Shown here: in pieces, positions 40,538 to 48,306 of the stretch | Layout of the letters: every line of letters starts with the position of its first letter | Numbering within the stretch: position 1 is the stretch's first letter | Source: Prasinococcaceae sp. CCMP 1430 | Taxonomy: Eukaryota > Plantae > Prasinodermophyta | NCBI GenBank assembly: GCA_013416795.1 | Contig: RQSC01001337.1 | Span: 7,593-55,898, forward strand | Reading direction: 5' to 3' | Length of the DNA: 48,306 nt | Position numbers and translations under genes: made by a program | The notes under the pieces: generated by a model | Told to the model about the DNA's origin: nothing | Database searches by the model: none | Seen by the model: the letters and a program-made list of their open reading frames with translations, nothing else

Positions 40538-42068
40538 TCAGTGCGTGCGCGTGGCCATGGCTTGGCGCAGGCCATCACAGACCGTGGGGCATTTCTGCAG
40601 GTATGGCTCAGCCAGCTCGCCGGCTGCGCCCGCTGCCCCAAGCGCGAGCACGTGTTGCGTGCGCAGGCATTCGGGCAGCGTGGCGCCCAATGGACCGTTG
40701 AGCGCGCGAGAGAGTATGACCGCATCCTGCCCGTCGCCAAAGGCGTGCAGCAGCTCTGCGAGGTGCACAGCGAACACTGGTGGGAACGCAGCACCCGCGA
40801 CGCGGATGGCAGTTTGCCCGTCCTGCATGACGCACGCGCGCATGAACGACTCCAGCGCGCCCGCAACGCCGCGCTCCTCTTCAGAGCCTTTCGCGCCGCC
40901 CTGGCCAACCGCCCTGAGTACCTCCGCTGCGTGGGCAGGGAGGTCTGTGGGTGCTGCTAGCGCGGGCCACGCGTGCACCGCACTCGCGACCATCGCGTCG
41001 AGCCAGCCTCCGCCCCCCGCTGTTAGCAGGGCGTCGCGCTCGCCCGCCAGCACGCGCAACACAGCACGCAGACCCTCGCGCTCGCGCTCGTCAAGCGCTC
41101 CCCAGCCATGGCTCGAAGCGAAGACACCTGCAACTTGCTGTCGCCACGCCTCGCGGTAGTGTGCGGCTTGATGTGCGCGCGCGGCGGCGGTCGACTCATC
41201 GTCTGCGGGCGCCTCATCGTCTGCGAGCACACGGGGTGAGCGCCGACGTGTCAGCTGCGCGGCCGCCGCCTGGCCCGCAAGAGCACGCGCGCGACGCACG
41301 TGCGCGCGCACCTTCGAGCTTTGGCACGGCTGTGAGGAGCGTGCTGACCGGTTCGAGCGCCTCGAGGCGCGCGAGCACCTCCGGCGTGTGCGGCTGCTCC
41401 CACACCGAGTGCAGGCCGAGCAGCTCGAGCGCCTGCGCATGCCAGCCGAGCGCACAGCACGCACACACGGCCGGCCAGTACGACGCGTGTGCCTCCGCAG
41501 GCACGCCTGCATCCTTTTCAGCGTCCTCGGCAAACGCGGCGATCGAAGTGAGCGCGCGCGACTGCCCGCCGCGCAGCGCGGGTGCCCAGTCACGCAGCCA
41601 GGCGCTCAGGGCAGCGCGTACGCTGCCGGGCGCGATGCTCGCGCGTGCGAAGCATACATCAGCGAATGCCCACGCCGCCGCAAGCGAGCGAAGTGTGGCG
41701 TGATCGTCGCCACGGCCTTGTGATCCTCCACCGCTGCCGATTAGCCACCTCTCCCCTCGCAGCGCTGCCGCGGCCGCGCGGTCAGCGCCGGCCGCGCCCG
41801 CCCACTCCGCGCTCAGCGCCTGCAGCGTCGCGCGGGAGAGCTCCGCCGCCGCTGCTGCTACGCCGCCGCCACCTCCGCTGCCCCCCCCGCCGCCGGCGCG
41901 CGCGTGCACGGCGTACGCGTTGGAAAGCCCGCGCAGCACGCCTTCGGGCAGGGGCGCGCGCGCCGCCCCGTAGCTCAGCGCAACGGCTGCCGTGCCGCCC
42001 CCGCCTGCGATGACCTCGGCGGGCGCGCCGTACGCAGCGCGGAACGCGCCGCGTTTCACCGCTGCCAT
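40538..42068 (-). CDS. NUP85: Nucleoporin Nup85-like (apparently lacking the C-terminal third)
   Basis: Exons 42068-41312 and 41220-40538. Recognisable segments YWPAVCACCALGWHAQALELLGLH, LRVLAGERD...WLDAMVA, FAVHLAELL and YLQKCP match Nup85. The start is uncertain because of the N at 42370. Confidence 0.7.
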
Positions 42069-42600
42069 CGCTCTCCCTTTCTCCCTCGTGCGCGTGCGCG
42101 GGGCCCGGGCCGGGGCGCGCGCACGTCGCCGCCGACGGCACCAACTCCTGCGGCCCCTCCGCCGCCCGCTGCCCCTCGCACGCTCCGCGCCCCGCCCCCC
42201 GCCTCGCAACTCCGGGCCCCATCCGCGGGCTCCTTCCCCTTGTTCTTGCCCTTGCCGCCGCCGCTCGAGTCGTCGTCCTTGCCATGCTTGGAGGACGCCG
42301 GCGCGCGCCCGCGGCCTGTGCCCCCGCCGCCGGCCGCCGAGCCCAAAAAGGCGCTGTTGTCCTTGTTGGNGCCGCGCGCGCGTGCCTGCGCGCGGCCGAG
42401 CCGCGCGCGCGCGGATCTCGAAGTGCGCGCAGCCACACGGGTCGGCGCAGCCGGTCAGCGCAAGTGAGCGGGTGGGCAGACAGCGCCGCGGGCGCGCCCT
42501 GTGAGCACATCTCGCGGCGTGCGCTGAGAGGCTGTGCCACCGACTGACCGCGCGGCACCTCTGCATCGCTTGCTCCTCCTCCTTCCCCTCGCCTGCGCAG

Positions 42601-43137
42601 CTCTTCAGCGTGAAGGAGAAGCAGAAGAAGGAGGCCGCGGCCGCCAAGGAGGGCGTCAAGAAGCAGAGCGCGGGTGAGCTCCGCGTGCAGAAGGACATCG
42701 GCGAGCTCAACCTCGCTTCGACTACCTCCATTGCCTTTCCAAAGGGACCCGACCACCTGCTTGACTTCGAGGTCACTATCAAGCCTAACGAGGGGTACTA
42801 CCGGGGTGGCACCTTCCTCTTTTCGTTCAGCGTGGCGCCCACGTACCCCCACGAGGCGCCTAAGGTCAAGTGCCTGACGCAGTGCTACCATCCGAACATC
42901 GACCTCGAGGGCAACGTGTGCCTTAACATCCTGCGCGAGGACTGGAAGCCCGTGCTGTCCATCAACACGCTCATCTACGGTCTGCAGCACCTCTTCATCG
43001 ATCCCAACCACGAGGATCCGCTCAACCAGGACGCGGCGAAGGTGCTGCGCGAAGACCCGCGGCAATTCGCGAGCAACGTGCGGCGCGCGATGCAAGGGGG
43101 ATACGTGGGGGGCACACACTTTGCGAGGCACATGTAA
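42601..43137 (+). CDS. UBC12: NEDD8/RUB-conjugating enzyme UBC12 (RCE1); first short exon missing, probably at the N at 42370
   Basis: Acceptor GCGCAG at 42600, then [33 protein letters not shown] and [21 protein letters not shown]. Confidence 0.95.
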   Translation, partial: LFSVKEKQKKEAAAAKEGVKKQSAGELRVQKDIGELNLASTTSIAFPKGPDHLLDFEVTIKPNEGYYRGGTFLFSFSVAPTYPHEAPKVKCLTQCYHPNIDLEGNVCLNILREDWKPVLSINTLIYGLQHLFIDPNHEDPLNQDAAKVLREDPRQFASNVRRAMQGGYVGGTHFARHM

Positions 43138-43255
43138 CTGCGCGTGCACTCGCTCAATTGTTATCATACAGAGATTTTTACACGAGTGAGTCTTTGCCAC
43201 GTGCCCCGCCTCAAGGCATGCGGGCGCGAGCCAGCGGGTCGCGTTGCTACGCCCA

Positions 43256-44758
43256 CTACCTCTCTCCCTCGGCCTGCCCAACATCTGGCGGCGGCGGTGC
43301 ATCCATCTGAAACACTTCGTATCGGTGATTGATGGTCTTGGCGCCATGCAGCCGCACGCCTCCGCAGCTACCACCGCTGAGCACGCCGTCGCCTCCAGCC
43401 GTGGGGTGCTCGAAGAACACGCGCCGCACTCGCGAGTGCAACAGCCCCATCGCGCACATGGTGCAGGGCTCGTGGACGACGTACAAGTCCAGGCCCGTGC
43501 AGAGGTACATGTTGCGGCCGACTGCAACCGAGGGCGCGGTGCTGCCGTCGATGCGCCGGCGCTTGCACGCGCCGTCGTCCACGCACGCGTCGGCGCACTC
43601 CTCCGCGCACGGTTCCTCGTAGTCCTCTCCAAGTGCTACTGCCGCCCCAGCTGCCACCACCTCCATGCACGCGTGGGCGAGCGGGTGCGGTGGCCGCCCA
43701 CCCCGTCGTGGCAGCCGCGTGCAGTCAATCGCGCGCGCGATGGCGAGGCCGCTGGCCGGGTCGACGAGCGCTGCAGCGTTTGCGCGTCCGCCCCGAGCGC
43801 GCGCTGCCTCGGCGAGCGCGCGCACGCCCTCCATGTGCACGTCCGCAGTCGCGATTTCGGCATCGGTAAGCGCTGCGACGGCGTCCTCACCTGTGCCCTT
43901 GGCGGGCTTTAGGAACGTGAGCGGCCATGTGACGGCGGCGCTCGTGCTCCAAGCATCGAATACCGCGCGCGTGGGTGGGGGCTCGGCGGGCACGAGCTCG
44001 ACGCGCGCGCGCAGGCCGAAAGACTGCATTGCGGCCACCACGGCGTCCGGGGGCGCATCGAAGGTGCTCAGGTCTGCGCCCAGCGAAGCCGACCAGCAGG
44101 TGGGCGCGCGACAGCACGAGCGTATGAGGAGAGAGATACGGGCATTAGCAGGCGTGGTCGGTGTCAGTGTGAGCGCAACGCGCGCAAGAGTGGGCGCGAG
44201 CGGGTGTAGCGCGCGTGGCAAAATCTGTGGAGTCTAACTATGAGCGCCGGCATACTGCGGGGAGGCGCCGAATGAACTTCGGCGGCCTGCCGCGCCAACC
44301 CGGGCTCAACTCAATCCTCCAGTCGTGATGTGCACAGTGGCGGTGGCGCGTCCGCGCTCGCGGCGTATGCATCCTCCCGTACGCCTGCACGACGCACCGA
44401 TTGTGTCTGCCGGCGGGGCGTCCGCGGCCTCCCACACGCAACGCTCGCTGCCGCGCGAGAGCTCGCAGAGCAGCACGCGCAGCGTGGGACCACCGTCCCT
44501 CGCGCCACCCTGCTCCCTACGCACGCGCTTGAGGTGCTGCAGGTATTGCGGCAGCCGCGGCAGCTCGCGCATGAGCGCGCCGCCGTCACGCGCGGCCGCG
44601 TCGGCGGCGAGCGCCGCGCACAGCGGCGGGGAGGGGTGTGTGCAAGGAGCTGGCGGCGGGCTTGGCGGCGGCGGTGGCGGCGACGGCCTCCGCCAGATCA
44701 GCAGGGCAAAAAAACACGACAAAATGCGTGCACTCCCATCACCATCAAACGCCTGCAT
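43256..44758 (-). CDS. TAD3: tRNA adenosine deaminase subunit TAD3/ADAT3
   Basis: LQHLKRVR in exon 1, intron 44397-44074, then [13 protein letters not shown] (pseudo-active HxV/C), [31 protein letters not shown] and INHRYEVF. The start is uncertain. Confidence 0.88.
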
Positions 44759-45191
44759 GTCGTTCTCGTCCCCTGCGTCGCCTGGTCATTTTTTTCTGCG
44801 CTCCTCATCGGAGGCATTGAATGCTGGGTAGAGTCAGTGGGGCCGTCGTGGCCACGCTCGCCGGGGCGGCGTGTGGCGGGCACGTGCCAGTGTGGCCGCC
44901 ACACCGCCGCAGGGGCGGGGAGGGGGCGCAGGCGAGGTCAGGCGCGGGCGCCGCGGGGGCGAGCGCGCGGTGGGGCCCGTGGGGGCGGATGGCGGTGAAT
45001 GTCCCGTCCCGACCCGTGGGGGCGGCAGGCGGGCCGGCCGGCCGCCGCGGCGGCGGGCGGCGCGCTGCAAAAGGTCTGGGCCGTCCGGTCGAGCAGCAAG
45101 CTCGTAACGTAACGTCTCCGAGTCTGGTAGTTCTGTCTGCCTGGTGGACCTCGAGCCTCCGTCATCGGCGCCGGCTGCTGGGTGCGCCGTG

Positions 45192-47263
45192 ATGGGAAGT
45201 GGGCTCTCGCGCCTGTCGCTTCTACTGCTCGGGGCGCTGGCGCCGGCCATTGCGAGACTTGTCGTCGCTACGGCGACGGATACTGACTCGGCGGCCAGCC
45301 ACGTTCGTGGCATCCTCGCCCTGCGCGACGTGTCAGAGGTGAACCAGGCCGTGCGGGGGAGAGCCGTGAGCATGGGCTGGGCCGTGTACAGCGAACGCCA
45401 CGTCCTGCGCATGCTCGAGAGATGGAACGCCGCCCCAAACACAACAGGCACAGGTAGCGACGGCCTGGCGAGGATACCTCCGATCATCATGTGGTACGAC
45501 AAACAACAACGTCATTTCAAGCACTACAGACACAGCCCGGACAGATACCTGCAAAATATGCGCCCGGGCGTCGACATGGTGCGCATTGGCATGATGACCG
45601 ACAACGATTCAAGAGCTACACGCACGGCGCTCGCGTGGAACAAGGCGCGCCAGTACGCCGCACTTAACAGTTGGGCCAAGCGTCACCTGCCTGAGTGTCC
45701 AGATGACGGCACCACCTTCCAGACCTATTACCTGTACAACACGACCCAGTGTGGAGACTTCCTGGCCGATGTAGCTGCACACCCGCGAGGAAAGTGGTTG
45801 TTCAAATTGGTAAACGGCGCTGCTGGCAAAGGAATACAGATCTGGATGCCCTCCCAGGCCGCCGGGCACAACGAGGATGAGAGCGGCAGGTTGGTCAACG
45901 GGAGCGTGGGCAGTGGGTCTGATCAGGACCCCAACGATCACACGTTGCCGGGCATCGCCGCGGCGATCGCGGGTAAGCAGAGCGCGAGGAACCTCAGCAG
46001 GAATGATGCTTTCCTGAGCATGCCGAGCTACATGCGGAAACGCTACTTCCACGGTCTGTCAGAGACGCTTCTGTGCCCAGGCAGAAAGTACCTGGCACAG
46101 TCGTACCTCGATCGTCCCCTGCTCATCAACGGCGGGCGCAAGTTCGACGTGCGCTACTACGTGCTGCTCGCGAGGTGGGACCCGCCTTTGGCATTCTACT
46201 GCCCTGGGTATACAAGGCAGACGCTGCATCCGTACGAGGTGCGTGTGGAGCTCGCTGAAGCAATCGCTCGTTGAAGCAATCGCTCCAGCATTGGGACAGC
46301 ACGGTGCACGTGCAGCGTGTGCGGAAAGTGCCCGCCACCGCACCGCCCTCAACCGCTGACACCAACGCGCGCGCGCTTCGAACGCCGACGCTTTGTCGCC
46401 GCTTTCCGCCTACGCTCGCCAACGTGTCACGGCGCCGCGTCTCATGTCACGTTAAAGGGGCCAGACAGCACGGCGCTGGACTCAGGGTTGACAAACGTGC
46501 ACGTTCAGAAGAAATTGCCTAGACCGGATGGTACCTTCGCGGCCAACAGCTCAGATTATGGCAACCAGTTTTGGTCCATGGACCAGCTGCGCGCGCATCT
46601 GCGCGAGCGCAGTGTGCAGGGCGACGTCTCTGCGGGGCGCGTTGCCGCAAAGCTGGAAAACGACGACGCCCTAAAGCGGGTCCAGGCGAGGGCGATTGCG
46701 GCGATGTTGCCGCGAGGCGGCGGCGACGAAGCTGACTTCGAGCCCGTGCCGGGCGGCTTCGACGGTGCGTGTGTGGTTTAGCGCGGGATGCAGGTACATG
46801 TGTGACACGCGAACTGCTTAATTATTAGAGACATGACACATGCGTGGGGAGGAGAGTGCTGACACTCGCCCGGATCTCACTGCCCTCGCTCGGATCCGCA
46901 TGCGCGCTGGCTCTCTGCAAACGCGCTCCCCGGGTCGCCTACTACGTGGGGCGCTCGAGCGTATTGGCAGTGCTTGGGTGCGACCAGATGATCTCCGAGT
47001 CGGGCGACTTCTATTTCCTCGAGTGCAACAAGCGCCCGATGACCAGCACGATATTTCAGCATCCATTTCACAACCGTTGCATGGCGAGCATGGTCGATGT
47101 GTTGGCGCGCCTGAGCGAAGCGCGCGCGGTCTCGGGGGCTGGCGCGGGTCACGGCGAGCTGGCGGGCACGAAAAATGACAGCCTCACGCCCATCGTGGAC
47201 GGCGACTGGTTCTACCCAGGTACGTTCGAGTGCGACGGCGCCTCGGTGGGGGCGTCGAGGTGA
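45192..47263 (+). CDS. Tubulin-tyrosine-ligase-like ATP-grasp protein with N-terminal hydrophobic signal or anchor
   Basis: Exons 45192-46238, 46458-46764 and 46971-47263 are in phase. TTL motifs WLFK...GAAGKGI, AQSYLDRPLLINGGRKFDVRYYVL, LTNVHVQK and VLGCDQMI...FLECNKRP. Confidence 0.8.
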
Positions 47264-48306
47264 GGGCGTGAGGCAGGGCGGATGGCGCCGATGGGCGGAC
47301 GACAAGTCACAAGTGGGCGTGGGCGGACAGACGGGGCAGCTACGCGCGCAATGCGAAGGTGCCGTAACCATTCGCGTCGTCACGCCCGCGCACGTGCGCG
47401 TCCCCTCGTCCGGGCGCCGGCGCAGCAGTGCAGGCGCGCCCACACACCGCCGCGAACTGCCGCGCAGACCCTGCGCCGATACCCTTTTCGGGGCGTCGGC
47501 GCAGCGCGGCACGCGGCGTGTCCCCGGCGGGTGAACGCCGACCGGCCGACCCCGGTGCGTGCGCGCAATGACCGGGGACACTCCGGCGCACACACCCGTG
47601 TTCGCGGGCGGCGCTGCATCCCCCGAACCGGGGTCTCCCGGTTTCGCGCGGGGCCGCCCCCAGCCCGCGCGGCCCGCCCCGGCCGGCGGCTGGCGCCGCT
47701 CGGCGGAGGATTGTGCGCGCCGCCCGATCCGCCGTCGCCCGTCTGAGCCCTTTTTTTTAAAACTCGCTCGCCGGGCACCGCACAAATTTCATACCCGTAA
47801 AATGTGCGCGACCTCAAGGCACTCGCAACGAATGCCTCATCGAAAATGTCACGCGCCTCAGCACCAATGTGATGAAATGCGCATCGCGCGGCGCACAAAA
47901 CGGCAACCGCGCGCGAATGTTTCATGGGGTGCGGCAGACGTGCGGAAGTCCTTCGGTTGGGATGGCCAATCTGCGAATTTTCTTCCTGTTTTTCTTCCGC
48001 TTTTTCCGTGGTGGCCGCACTCAAAATCGAAACCTTTGCGAAGCTTGCCTCGTTTTTTTTTTTTTTTAAACGCCGCGCTAGCGGCGCCTGCGCGCGTGAC
48101 CTCGCCCACCCCCCTTTCCCCACCGCCCAAGTCTAAATCTACGTGCGCATGCATGCAGTGACCGAATTTCAGACAATTCCAAGTGCAAACCTGAATCTGC
48201 ATCCGCGTTGGCCTCCGGGCGTGTGGCACACGCCCTGCATGCGCCACACCGCGCGCGCGCGCGCGGCGGGCCTCGCCGGCGCGGGGCGCTGCGGTGGTCG
48301 CCCGAG

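Noticed and set aside
42180-42369. Coding-like segment NKDNSAFLGSAAGG...KGKNKGKEP upstream of Nup85
   Set aside because: I could not splice it in phase to Nup85, and it abuts the single-N join at 42370, which probably hides missing sequence including UBC12 exon 1.
1121-46970. Introns as an introner-element family (as in Micromonas)
   Set aside because: The introns share only splice signals and low-complexity RY repeats. I saw no long near-identical copies between introns; an all-versus-all alignment would be needed to exclude weak families.
1-48306. Most of the many overlapping ORFs in the six-frame track (antisense or shifted frames, and ORFs running through N gaps)
   Set aside because: They are shadow ORFs expected at ~70% GC, where stop codons are rare. 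They translate to R/A/P-rich or THAHAR-type junk, or are X-filled, and lie opposite or out of frame with motif-supported genes.
47280-48306. ORFs and a small hairpin (47625-47643) at the window end
   Set aside because: No recognisable motifs, no consistent splice model, and only a 7-bp stem without a U-tract; probably intergenic or UTR of the next gene.
1-48306. Transposon, viral or prokaryotic defence/HGT island
   Set aside because: No transposase, RT, integrase or capsid motifs, no terminal repeats or target-site duplications. All bacterial-type genes (sigma, TerC, DapB, GST) have spliceosomal introns or transit-like extensions consistent with endosymbiotic origin.

Overview
A gene-dense, very GC-rich eukaryotic nuclear window with spliceosomal GT-AG introns. 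It is most likely from a green alga, since it encodes PsaN, a plastid sigma factor, TerC and plant-type DapB, and several genes are followed by UGUAA poly(A) signals; the species cannot be determined from the sequence. About 23 protein-coding genes are present, mostly as alternating divergent and convergent pairs: PSS, sigma factor, calcineurin-B-like, RAD16-like, Cys-GST, PsaN, MAK16, ABC1 kinase, a large coiled-coil protein, HLTF/RAD5-like, XRCC2-like, DapB, a methyltransferase, VAMP72, a Lys-rich H1-tail-like peptide, TerC, Nup85, UBC12, ADAT3/TAD3, a TTL-like ligase and several orphans. There are three N gaps (574-978, 5517-6482, 9123-9271) and two single-N joins (14187, 42370). The strongest leads come from manual splicing and motif reading. 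(1) The HLTF/RAD5-like helicase has two small upstream exons encoding a PARP-type zinc finger, plus a duplicated SAP-motif module inserted in its ATPase lobe; it sits head-to-head with XRCC2. (2) The plastid sigma factor carries a SAP motif and a C-terminal AT-hook. (3) Other leads are a calcineurin-B-type protein, an H1-like tail peptide lacking the globular domain, an apparently truncated Nup85 and a TTL-like ligase with a signal or anchor sequence. All family calls are by motif recognition, not database search.
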